A stretch of 33,710 nt of DNA, taken from an archaeon (GTDB taxonomy: Archaea; B1Sed10-29; WALL01). The stretch is taken from contig JBHOSQ010000012.1 in assembly GCA_042584585.1 (NCBI GenBank), positions 1 through 33,710 of the forward strand. Reading direction: 5' to 3'. Both the position numbers and the translations under genes were made by a program. The notes below the pieces were generated by a model. It worked only from the letters and a program-made list of their open reading frames with translations. It searched no databases and was not told the DNA's origin. Position 1 is the first letter of the stretch; each line of letters starts with the position of its first letter. This document shows positions 25,782-33,710 of the stretch, one piece after another.

Positions 25782-26821
25782 GGGATAGAGTGGACGGAGA
25801 GATTATTGAATTCATCAGGGAGAACGTCGCTACTTTTGGGTTAGACCTCTCTGGGCTTGTTGTGTTTACAGAAGCGGCTACTGGGAGCTATGCTGTGACG
25901 CCCGTCATTGCAGCCATTGCAAATGCGCAAGTGATTGCAATCGCAAAGGACTCAAAATACGGCAGTGCCGAAGACGCCGAGAACGCTGTTCGGGCACTTG
26001 CCGAAGAGGCGGGTGTCGAGGGAATAGAATTCGTGCGAGACAAAAGCCGAATTGGCGAAGCCGACATAGTAACGAACAGCGGTGCCGTGCGACCCATCAG
26101 CCGCGAAGATATTTCACGAATGAAAGAAACTTCAGTGATTCCACTCATGTGGGAGACCTGGGAATTCCGGGAAGCCGACATGGACCTCCGCGAGTGCTGG
26201 AAAAAAGGAGTGGCGGTGCTTGGCACTGACGAAAGTGTCCCGGAAATAAACCTTTTGTCATACACCGGCGCCGTGTGCCTTGCACTATTTGAAGATGCCG
26301 GCATACACCCGAGTGGGAAGAACGTTGTTGTCTTGGGCAACACGGTGTTCACGGAAAGGATTGCAGGTGCGTTGCGTGAGGCGGGCGCAACAGTAAAAGT
26401 GTTCAAAGAGAAATCACCCATTGATCTCACAAGTGTGGACGTGGTTGTGGTGTCGGAACATTTCGACCGCGGCACCGTTGTTGGGAAAGATGGCTGGATA
26501 AAAGCGAGTGAAGTGCCAAAGGGCGCACACGTAATACAGTTTTTCGGGGAGATAAACCGCGACGAGTTGGATGCCGCGGGGATTCTGTACACCCCAAAAA
26601 AGAGCCCGGGCTACGGGCACATGGGCAAGACCATGGCTGACCTGGGGCCGAAGCCGCTAGTACTATTAAACACGGGAAGCCTAAAAGTTGGAGAAGCTGC
26701 TGCCCGGGCACGGCTCTCGGGAAAGAGTATGGCAGAAGCCGAGAAAACCGCGCTACAGGAAAGCCCCGCACAAGGATTCGGTGAAGAACAGAAAAGAAGG
26801 TATGGCTATGGAAAACAATAG
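25778..26821 (+). CDS. Hypothetical protein, probable Rossmann-like alpha/beta fold
   Basis: 347-aa ORF coupled to both neighbours. TEAATG, ADIVTNSGAVRPI, MWETWEFR..D.D and GKNVVVLG segments. No family confidently recognised. Confidence 0.7.
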   Translation: MRDRVDGEIIEFIRENVATFGLDLSGLVVFTEAATGSYAVTPVIAAIANAQVIAIAKDSKYGSAEDAENAVRALAEEAGVEGIEFVRDKSRIGEADIVTNSGAVRPISREDISRMKETSVIPLMWETWEFREADMDLRECWKKGVAVLGTDESVPEINLLSYTGAVCLALFEDAGIHPSGKNVVVLGNTVFTERIAGALREAGATVKVFKEKSPIDLTSVDVVVVSEHFDRGTVVGKDGWIKASEVPKGAHVIQFFGEINRDELDAAGILYTPKKSPGYGHMGKTMADLGPKPLVLLNTGSLKVGEAAARARLSGKSMAEAEKTALQESPAQGFGEEQKRRYGYGKQ

Positions 26822-27881
26822 AAAGATGATATTATGCGGAGCCGGTGGGGGAGGCGGAAACAACCTCATAAGAAGCATCCGGAAAAGCGGATACCCAATC
26901 ACAATTATCGGGACCAACATGGATCCATACGCGCTGGCAAAGTCAACAGCGGACAAGAACTACTTGATGCCCAGCGGGAAAGACCCATCTTACGTGGACA
27001 AAGTTAACAGGATCATAGAGCGGGAAGGCGCCGACCTAATAACACCCAACAACGACACAGAAGTTGGAGTCATCTCGGAAAACAGGGAAAAAATAAACTG
27101 CAAGACGTTCCTGCCGTCCAAGGAAGCAGTTAGGGCTTGCCAAGACAAGCTTGAGTTCTACAATCACTGCAAGAAGAACGGCATTCCTGTGGCAGAGGCA
27201 AGGCTTGTGAGCGACTTGGATGAAGTGGAAAAACACTTCGAAGAGCTACCCGGAGACAAGCTATGGTGCAAGCTCAGGCAATGCTCAGGATCGCAAGGCT
27301 CCCTCCCAGTGAACTCCCCCGAACAAGTAAAGTTTTGGGTGGAATACTGGGAAAAAATGCGGAACATCCAAAAAAGGCAATTCCTGCTCCTGGAGTACCT
27401 GCCAGGCCGAGACTTTGCGTTCCAAAGTGTCTGGAAGGACGGGGAACTCGTCATCGCAAAGTGTTGCGAAAGAAAAAGCTATTTCTTCGCACGCAACATG
27501 CCCAGCAACACCTCGTCAACGCCCCAGCTCGCAAAGATGACCAAAGACCAGAGGGTATACGACATTTGCGTCAAAGCAATCAAGAGCCTCGACCCCAAAC
27601 CACATGGAAACTTTTGCTGTGACCTGAAAGAAAACATCAACGGCGACCCCTGCATGACAGAAATCAACATAGGGCGGTTCTTCATGATAACCAACATCTT
27701 CGACCTGACGGGCAAATACAACACTGCGGAAATGCACCTGCGCAGCGCGTTCGGCGACCCCTTGCCGGAAATGGACCCTTATGGCGACATCGACGAAAGC
27801 GTGTACATGATACGTGACCTTGACACCGAGCCAACCATAGTGACCAAAGAACAACTGGAAAACAGCTACGAAAAAATATGA
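26808..27881 (+). CDS. ATP-grasp fold ligase (CarB-like C-terminal, glycan-cluster type)
   Basis: GAGGGGG, P.ND.EV, CQDKL, K.R..SGSQG, EYLPG, D.KE...G.P..TEIN.GRF. Alternative start at 26802. Confidence 0.85.
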   Translation: MENNRKMILCGAGGGGGNNLIRSIRKSGYPITIIGTNMDPYALAKSTADKNYLMPSGKDPSYVDKVNRIIEREGADLITPNNDTEVGVISENREKINCKTFLPSKEAVRACQDKLEFYNHCKKNGIPVAEARLVSDLDEVEKHFEELPGDKLWCKLRQCSGSQGSLPVNSPEQVKFWVEYWEKMRNIQKRQFLLLEYLPGRDFAFQSVWKDGELVIAKCCERKSYFFARNMPSNTSSTPQLAKMTKDQRVYDICVKAIKSLDPKPHGNFCCDLKENINGDPCMTEINIGRFFMITNIFDLTGKYNTAEMHLRSAFGDPLPEMDPYGDIDESVYMIRDLDTEPTIVTKEQLENSYEKI

Positions 27882-27954
27882 TTACTAACCCGTTTAGATA
27901 ATTGCTTGGCTGTTTTGCTTAAAGTATTCTCTTTATGTAGAACAATCATACCAC

Positions 27955-27974
27955 AAAAAGGAAGTCTATATAAA
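27955..27974 (+). promoter_or_regulatory. BRE/TATA promoter of the com operon
   Basis: AAAAAGGAAGTC-TATATAAA upstream of comA; GGGAGTGA RBS-like sequence before ATG 28020. Confidence 0.6.
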
Positions 27975-28019
27975 GACGGGGATTGACAAAATTAGCCAAT
28001 GCCCCTGGGAGTGAGCTAA

Positions 28020-28802
28020 ATGCCAGTTTCATTTGGAAGTATATCCTTGCCAACAAGGACTGTGAAGCCTAGGGACAGCGGCATAACAATGGTGCTGGAC
28101 TCCGGCCTCGGGCTTAATGCCACAAAAGACCTGGTCGAAACAGCTGGCGACTACATCGACATCGTTAAGCTGGGATGGGGAACGTCCCGGCTGTTCAGTG
28201 ACGAGCTGCTAAAAAAGAAAGTTGAACTGATGAAGAGCCACGGCATCAAAGTTTGTCCAGGAGGCAGCTTTGTCGAAATAGCGGCGGCACAAAACAAAGT
28301 CGATGAGTTTTTCGGGAACGCCAAAGCCATTGGATTCGATTGCGTCGAGGTCTCCAACGGCGTGCACCCAATGAGCGAAGAAGAAAAGATTGGAATCATA
28401 AAGAAGGCTGTTGCACACGGGTTCTCAGTTACGTCAGAAGTCGGGAAGAAAAACCCAGAAGAAGACGCACTGCTCTCGGCTGACGACCGCGTCCGGCTCG
28501 CCGAGCAAGAGCTTGAGGCAGGCGCATGGAAAGTTATTATGGAGTCACGGGCCAGCGGAAAACTCGGCATGTTCGACAGCTCCGGCAAAGTCAAGGAAGA
28601 AATGGCGAAGGAACTTTTCAGCCGCCTCGACATCAGCAAAATCATTTTCGAAGCCCCAGCCAAAGCGCAGCAGCTATGGCTCATCGAGCGATTGGGCAAC
28701 GACGTCAACCTCGGGAACATTCGGCCCGACGACGCCATCCCTCTAGAGACACTGCGCCTCGGGCTCAGGGGCGATACACTCAAAAAATACCATTTGGAAT
28801 GA
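28020..28802 (+). CDS. comA: Phosphosulfolactate synthase
   Basis: KPR..GITMVLD.G, YIDIVKLGWGTS, PGG, VEVSNG, SEVGKK, ESR.SG, IFEAP.K.QQ, VNLGNI, LETLRLGLRGDT. Confidence 0.95.
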   Translation: MPVSFGSISLPTRTVKPRDSGITMVLDSGLGLNATKDLVETAGDYIDIVKLGWGTSRLFSDELLKKKVELMKSHGIKVCPGGSFVEIAAAQNKVDEFFGNAKAIGFDCVEVSNGVHPMSEEEKIGIIKKAVAHGFSVTSEVGKKNPEEDALLSADDRVRLAEQELEAGAWKVIMESRASGKLGMFDSSGKVKEEMAKELFSRLDISKIIFEAPAKAQQLWLIERLGNDVNLGNIRPDDAIPLETLRLGLRGDTLKKYHLE

Positions 28803-29470
28803 TATTAATGGAAGTGCGGCTCGAACACTGTGAGAATGGCGTCAGAAGCGCCGCCCAGCGGGGCGACGTCATCGTTCTTGTCGATGCCATCCGGGCAAGC
28901 TCGACCATTACCGCAGCATTGGCCAATGGGTTCGAGCGCGTGCTGCCGGTGGCATCGATTGAAGAATGTGCAGCCTACAACGGCAAGCCAGGATACGTGA
29001 CTGCGGGCGAGAGGGACGGCAAAAAGCCCAGTAATCTGGACCGCGGCAACTCACCCACCGGATTCCCTGAAGGGAAAACCCTTGTCATCAGCACGACGAA
29101 CGGAACACGCTGCCTCAAGGCAGCCGGTAACTCACAAGTGCTCATCGGCGCGCTCGTCAACTGCTCCGCAACCGCTGCCGCCGCCAAGCAAATGGCAAAG
29201 AAAATGGGTACAGGCATAAGCCTCGTGACCGCCGGATACCGCGGAGCCCCAGCCGAAGAAGACGATTACACTGCAGTGCAGATAATGAAGGCCATCAACG
29301 GCGAAGAACCTGACGCAAAAGATGAGTCGGTGTTCAAGAGCTCTGGCACGGCTCATAGGCTCGCGGGATGGGGCTATGCTGAGGACGTGCTGTTCTGCAG
29401 CCAAAGGGACATTTACAACATCGTACCGATATACAAAAACAACGAGATTGTGGTGCTTGAAATTGATTGA
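28799..29470 (+). CDS. comB: 2-phosphosulfolactate phosphatase
   Basis: VDAIRASSTI, AGERDG, GNSP, STTNGT, IGALVN, EDD. Start at 28799 or 28808. Confidence 0.93.
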   Translation: MILMEVRLEHCENGVRSAAQRGDVIVLVDAIRASSTITAALANGFERVLPVASIEECAAYNGKPGYVTAGERDGKKPSNLDRGNSPTGFPEGKTLVISTTNGTRCLKAAGNSQVLIGALVNCSATAAAAKQMAKKMGTGISLVTAGYRGAPAEEDDYTAVQIMKAINGEEPDAKDESVFKSSGTAHRLAGWGYAEDVLFCSQRDIYNIVPIYKNNEIVVLEID

Positions 29471-30488
29471 AGCAAATGTGTTGAAGGGATTCGTTTCGGA
29501 TGTGCTCGTTGCACATGGCGTGGCGGAAGACTATGCGTCTGTTACCGCAGACGTTCTTGTGGAGGCCGACCTTCGCGGCCATAACTCACATGGCGTGTCC
29601 CGACTGGGCAGGATACTCACCGGAATAAAAGCGGGCACCCACAACCCATCGGGAAGGGCAGAAGTCGAGCAGGACAAAGGCGCAACTGCATTGCTCACCG
29701 GCAACCAGGGCCTTGGCCACCCAGTGGCAAAAGAGGCGATGAAACTCGCAATCAAAAAAGCCAAGGAGTATGGCATTGGGAGTGTTGGGATACACAACAC
29801 CACCCACTTTGGCATGGCGGGGTATTACAGCGAACTCGCGGCAGAGCAAGGCATGATTGGCATAACTGTGTGCAATACAGAGCCGGCGATAGCTGCGTTC
29901 GGCGGGAATAAAAAAATAGTCGGCACCAATCCGATTGCGTTTGCCGCCCCCTACACGGAAGGCCGGCCGGTGCTTGTGGACATGGCCACGTCAGCCATCG
30001 CACGCGGCAAGGCACTTGAAGCCTCACGGAAGGGGGAAAAGCTGCCGCCAATGGTTGCGATGGACAGCGAGGGCAACCCAACACAAGACCCGAAAAAAGC
30101 GCTGGATGGATCGCTGATAGCCATAGGAAGTGCCTTCGCGTACAAGGGATTTGGACTGGCAATGGCTTTTGACCTGCTCAGTGGCGCACTTGTCCGTGGC
30201 CACTGCGGGACTGACGTCCATGGCAGCGCGACAACAACAGAAAGGTCTACAGTGGGGGACTTCATGATAGCGATAAACATTGCGAACTTCACAGACATCA
30301 GCGAATTCAAACAAAAGACGAGTAAGCTCGTGGACGAGGTAAAAGAAAGTGGTGAGGGCGTGCTCTATCCTGGGGAAAAAGAACAGGTGACAAGAGACGA
30401 ACGGCTGAAAAACGGCATACCTCTCGACGAAGGCTTGATAAGCGAGCTGCGAAAAATGGGGCGTGAGGTAAATGTCAATCTCGAGTGA
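29457..30488 (+). CDS. comC: L-sulfolactate dehydrogenase (Ldh_2 family)
   Basis: EADLRGHNSHG, HFGMAGYY, GTNPIAFAAP, DMATS, YKGFGL, YPGE. Probable TTG start at 29457 or 29463; lies between comB and comD. Confidence 0.88.
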   Translation: MKLIEANVLKGFVSDVLVAHGVAEDYASVTADVLVEADLRGHNSHGVSRLGRILTGIKAGTHNPSGRAEVEQDKGATALLTGNQGLGHPVAKEAMKLAIKKAKEYGIGSVGIHNTTHFGMAGYYSELAAEQGMIGITVCNTEPAIAAFGGNKKIVGTNPIAFAAPYTEGRPVLVDMATSAIARGKALEASRKGEKLPPMVAMDSEGNPTQDPKKALDGSLIAIGSAFAYKGFGLAMAFDLLSGALVRGHCGTDVHGSATTTERSTVGDFMIAINIANFTDISEFKQKTSKLVDEVKESGEGVLYPGEKEQVTRDERLKNGIPLDEGLISELRKMGREVNVNLE

Positions 30489-30972
30489 TGTTTTAGGCGA
30501 GATGAAAGATGCCGGCATAGACTTTGTCACTTCAGTGCCCTGCATCCTTTTGGCGGAATTGCTTGAGCTATTGGACAAAGAGCCGAGCATGACCCATCTG
30601 CCAGTCACGCGCGAAGAAGAGGGGATGGGCGTGTGCGCTGGCGCTTACCTGGCTGGGAAAACCCCTGCCATGCTAATGCAGAACTCTGGGTTGGGCAACT
30701 CAATAAACGCCCTCGCGTCCCTCGTGCTCTACTACGATATCCCCTTAGTGCTCATCTTTAGTCATCGGGGCACCGAAGGAGAGAAGATCAATGCTCAAGT
30801 CCCCATGGGAGACGCAACACCCAAACTGCTTGACGCCGTCGGGATTGAATACATCACCATTGAATCTGCGGAAAACATGGGGAAAATACGCGACGCGATA
30901 AAAAAAGCAAATTCCGAGAGCAAGCCAGTGGCTGTGCTGCTCCCGTTCTCGTTCTGGGGGGAACGGCAATGA
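30472..30972 (+). CDS. comD: Sulfopyruvate decarboxylase alpha subunit
   Basis: SVPC, TREEEGMGVCAGAYLAG, MQNSGLGNSINAL.SL, SHRG..GE...AQVPMG. Confidence 0.93.
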   Translation: MSISSDVLGEMKDAGIDFVTSVPCILLAELLELLDKEPSMTHLPVTREEEGMGVCAGAYLAGKTPAMLMQNSGLGNSINALASLVLYYDIPLVLIFSHRGTEGEKINAQVPMGDATPKLLDAVGIEYITIESAENMGKIRDAIKKANSESKPVAVLLPFSFWGERQ

Positions 30973-31523
30973 AGCGCATTGACGCAATCACGCAGATTGC
31001 CGAGGCACTGGGTGAAGAATGGGTTGTGGCGAACATTGGGTTCCCGTCAAGGGAGCTTTATTCCGTGAAGGACAGGGCGAAGAACTTTTACATGATGGGC
31101 TCGATGGGCCTGGCTTCGTCGATTGGGCTTGGTGTGGCGCTGTGCTGCAAAGAGAACGTGTGGGCAATTGACGGGGACGGGAGCGTGCTCATGAACCTTG
31201 GCACGTTGTCGACCATCTCTAACTACGGGCCTGAAAACTATACTCTTATAATACTGGACGACTCTTCCTATGGGTCAACGGGCTGCCAGCCCACACACAC
31301 CAGCGGGAAAACAGACTTGTCCAAGATGGCAGAAGGCGCGGGAATCCGAAGCGTGCACAACATTGGCGCCGGCGAACTCAAGGCAACACTGGAGTCGCTG
31401 CGCGGCAAGCCCGGGCCACACGTCGTTGTCGCAAGCTTCGAGCCAGGCAACGCAAAAGTCCCGATTATTCCAATGGAGCCCAGTGAAATCAAAAATAGAT
31501 TTATGGAGGCAATAAAATGCTGA
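30969..31523 (+). CDS. comE: Sulfopyruvate decarboxylase beta subunit
   Basis: NIGFPSREL, NFYMMGSMGLASSIGLG, DGDGSVLMN TPP motif, YGSTG.QPT. Confidence 0.93.
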   Translation: MKRIDAITQIAEALGEEWVVANIGFPSRELYSVKDRAKNFYMMGSMGLASSIGLGVALCCKENVWAIDGDGSVLMNLGTLSTISNYGPENYTLIILDDSSYGSTGCQPTHTSGKTDLSKMAEGAGIRSVHNIGAGELKATLESLRGKPGPHVVVASFEPGNAKVPIIPMEPSEIKNRFMEAIKC

Positions 31524-32914
31524 TTGATGGAAAGACCACGAAAGCAAAGGAGCAGGTTCCTGTGATAAACCCTTACGATGGGAACGAAGTTGGGATGGTG
31601 TGTGCCTGCACAAAAGGGGATGTGAAGCGCGCGGTCGATGCCGCGAAAAAGGCTAGGGGCGTGGCAAAAAAAATGACACCGTACCATCGGTACGAGCTGT
31701 TGTTTTCTGTTTACGAGCAAGTCAAAGAGAACAAGGAACAACTCGCGAGGCTCATCACTTCGGAATGCGGAAAAACCATAAAAGAAAGCCGTAGTGAAGT
31801 CGGGCGATCAATGGACACACTGCTCTTCTCGGCAGAAGAAGCCAAAAGAATCACCGGTGAAACCATGTCCGCGGATGTGACGCCGGTGGAGACCGGGAAA
31901 AGAGGGTTCACAATCCTGCAGCCAATCGGAGTCGTGGCCGCGATTTGCCCGTTCAACTTTCCGTTGAACCTGGTGCTGCACAAAGTAGCCCCCGCGATAG
32001 CATCGGGCAACACTTTGGTCGTGAAGCCGGCCAGCCAGACGCCACTGACTGCTTACAAACTCGGCGAAATGCTAACCGATGCCGGAGCACCCCCCGGCCT
32101 AATAAACATTGTCAGCGGGAGGGGTAGCGAAGTCGGTGCCGCTCTCGTGAAAAGCGATGTTAACATGATTACGTTTACGGGGAGTGTCGAGGTCGGCCAG
32201 AAAATTGCTGCAAACGCCGGAATGAAAAAGATGTCGCTGGAACTCGGCGGCAACGGCCCACTCATAATCATGGACGACGCCGACCTGGACAAAGCCATTC
32301 CCGATGCACTGGACGGGGCGTTCGGCACCGCAGGGCAAAGGTGCACAGCCGTGAAAAGAATTCTTTTACACAACAAAATTGCGGATGAATTCATCCCGCG
32401 CTTTGTGGAAGAGGCAAAGAAGCTCAGGGTGGGAGACCCCATGGACGACAAGACCGATGTCGGTCCATTGATTAACGAGAGTGCAGCCATTGACGTGGAA
32501 GAACGAGTTGAAGAAGCAGTCAATGACGGTGCCGAAGTGCTTCTTGGCAGGAAGAGAGAAAAGGCACATTACTGGCCAACCGTTCTGGACAATGTCCCGC
32601 GCACCACGCGCATGGTACAGACCGAAACGTTCGGCCCGACTGCACCCATAATCCGGTTCGACAGCCTCCAAGAGGCAGTGGAAATCGCGAACGAGACCCC
32701 GTACGGGCTTCAGGCAGGCATATTCAGCGAGGCATTTAAGAACATAAAATACGCTGTCAGCAACATCGAGTCTGGCGCAGTGGTCATCAACGGCCCGCCA
32801 GGGTTCAGAATCGATCCGTTCCCGTTCGGTGGCGTGAAGTACTCGGGCATGGGCCGCGAGGGCATCAAGTACGCAATACGCGAAATGACAGAAATAAAGA
32901 CCGTGTTCTTCTAG
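31517..32914 (+). CDS. NAD(P)-dependent aldehyde dehydrogenase; putative sulfoacetaldehyde dehydrogenase (PhnY/lactaldehyde DH-like)
   Basis: PFNFP, KPA, FTGS, LELGGN, GQRCTAVKR, ETFGP, PFGGVKYSG.GREG; overlaps the comE stop. The substrate is inferred from context. Confidence 0.88.
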   Translation: MLIDGKTTKAKEQVPVINPYDGNEVGMVCACTKGDVKRAVDAAKKARGVAKKMTPYHRYELLFSVYEQVKENKEQLARLITSECGKTIKESRSEVGRSMDTLLFSAEEAKRITGETMSADVTPVETGKRGFTILQPIGVVAAICPFNFPLNLVLHKVAPAIASGNTLVVKPASQTPLTAYKLGEMLTDAGAPPGLINIVSGRGSEVGAALVKSDVNMITFTGSVEVGQKIAANAGMKKMSLELGGNGPLIIMDDADLDKAIPDALDGAFGTAGQRCTAVKRILLHNKIADEFIPRFVEEAKKLRVGDPMDDKTDVGPLINESAAIDVEERVEEAVNDGAEVLLGRKREKAHYWPTVLDNVPRTTRMVQTETFGPTAPIIRFDSLQEAVEIANETPYGLQAGIFSEAFKNIKYAVSNIESGAVVINGPPGFRIDPFPFGGVKYSGMGREGIKYAIREMTEIKTVFF

Positions 32915-33429
32915 TGCATCCGCGCCTTGAGCGAGTTCACAGCCTCGAAGAGGACGTCCTGCGTGAATGACATGGACACCACCGGAATGTCCGATACGCG
33001 CTGGACCGTTGTTGCTGCTACAGGACCACAGATTAGTCCAAGAGCCCCATCCTTCTCTGCCTTAACGGCCGCCACTATCTCATCCTCAATACTTGTCGCG
33101 GGATAGTCCTTGATTATTACTTCTGTTCCACTGAAAGAAAAAGTGCGGTTCTTCAGGCGGTCAAGGACAGCACGACCAGTGATAAGCGCGACGAATGGCT
33201 GGGAAACACCCTCCATATCCCTCACCGTCTTGAAGATTTGCCGAAGCGTTGAAATGCGAAAGTCCAGCCTCTCGCCAGACACAATTTTGTAAAGAGTGTT
33301 CTGGGGGATGCCTGACTTCCTCGCGAAATCAATCACGCTCATGTTCTTGCTTTCCAGGAATACCTTGAAGGCTATGACGAACCCTTGCTCAGAACCCATT
33401 GCCGCTAGAAGCAGCTTTTTGTCTTCCAT
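32911..33429 (-). CDS. XRE-type HTH transcriptional regulator with C-terminal ligand-binding-like domain (archaeal type)
   Basis: MSVIDFARKSGIPQNTLYKIVSG.R.DFRISTLRQI HTH; C-terminal AAVKAEKDGA..LICGP...DIPV. Start at 33429 or 33438. Confidence 0.85.
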   Translation of the reverse strand: MEDKKLLLAAMGSEQGFVIAFKVFLESKNMSVIDFARKSGIPQNTLYKIVSGERLDFRISTLRQIFKTVRDMEGVSQPFVALITGRAVLDRLKNRTFSFSGTEVIIKDYPATSIEDEIVAAVKAEKDGALGLICGPVAATTVQRVSDIPVVSMSFTQDVLFEAVNSLKARMH

Positions 33430-33483
33430 ATTATACACCGAGGATAATTATTGCTTTAATCCTATTTAAATATGTCCTCTTTG

Positions 33484-33518
33484 TATAAGATATTTGTCTT
33501 ATAAGAAAGGTTTATATA
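33484..33518. promoter_or_regulatory. Inverted repeat (putative operator) next to a BRE/TATA promoter in the divergent gap
   Basis: TATAAGA-N6-TCTTATA (33484-33503), then AGAAAGG-TTTATATA (to 33518); ATTTAAAT at 33464-33471 for the minus-strand gene. Confidence 0.55.
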
Positions 33519-33553
33519 TGGAATTTTCCTAATTATTGGGGCAAGTGAGGAAG

Positions 33554-33710
33554 ATGGTAACCAAACGAGTACTAGTGATTGGGCTGGACGGCACTCCGCC
33601 GGAACTGCTTTTCGGAATGCGCGAACAGCTGCCGAACATTGACGCACTAATGCGGAAGAGCTTATGGGCACCTATGCGAACGTGCATCCCGCCGGTTACC
33701 AACCCCGCGT
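33554..33710 (+). CDS. Alkaline phosphatase-superfamily (type I phosphodiesterase/NPP) protein, 3'-truncated by the window edge
   Basis: Not in the ORF track. Translated by hand as MVTKRVLVIGLDGTPPELLFGMREQLPNIDALMRKSLWAPMRTCIPPVTNPA, with typical IGLDG, LPN..L and PP.T.PA motifs; GAGG RBS upstream. Confidence 0.8.
   Translation, partial: MVTKRVLVIGLDGTPPELLFGMREQLPNIDALMRKSLWAPMRTCIPPVTNPA

Noticed and set aside
28020-31523. Reading comABCDE as proof of a methanogen or of coenzyme M production
   Set aside because: No CoM-forming step or mcr gene is in the window, the operon ends in an oxidising ALDH, and it sits in a glycan locus. CoM synthesis cannot be excluded without the whole genome.
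30472-31523. Phosphonopyruvate decarboxylase / phosphonate cluster
   Set aside because: ComDE are homologous to Ppd, but there is no PEP mutase here and comABC are directly upstream.
33462-33671. 69-aa minus-strand ORF
   Set aside because: It is antisense to the real plus-strand AlkP-family gene starting at 33554 and runs through the promoter region.

Overview
Archaeal DNA: class III signal-peptide pilins, AglB, TATA/BRE promoters and GGAGGTGA-type RBSs. The compact overlapping gene layout would fit a DPANN-like lineage, but that is an inference. The window is a single ~32 kb surface-glycosylation locus. It opens with the 3' part of a large coiled-coil protein and three tandem type IV pilin genes. 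Next come the oligosaccharyltransferase AglB, an AglH/Alg7-like GlcNAc-1-P transferase, split Alg14/Alg13-like genes and a WbpA/B/E/D-like diacetamido-uronic acid pathway. Further tailoring genes are a deacetylase plus FemAB pair, a 4,6-dehydratase, a methyltransferase, a GT4, an orphan TPP-dependent E1 alpha/beta pair, three DegT aminotransferases in total, a flippase, a GT-C-like membrane protein, AlkP-superfamily proteins, an epimerase, an unknown Rossmann-like protein and an ATP-grasp ligase. The locus then runs into a complete comABCDE operon (PEP + sulfite to sulfoacetaldehyde) that ends in an aldehyde dehydrogenase rather than a coenzyme M-forming step, followed by an HTH regulator. The best candidate for an undescribed system is coenzyme M biosynthesis genes repurposed to make sulfoacetate, which the ATP-grasp enzyme would amide-link to an amino sugar of the pilin/S-layer N-glycan. 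This would be a sulfonate analogue of phosphonoglycan clusters. All functional calls come from motifs recognised by eye; no database searches were run.
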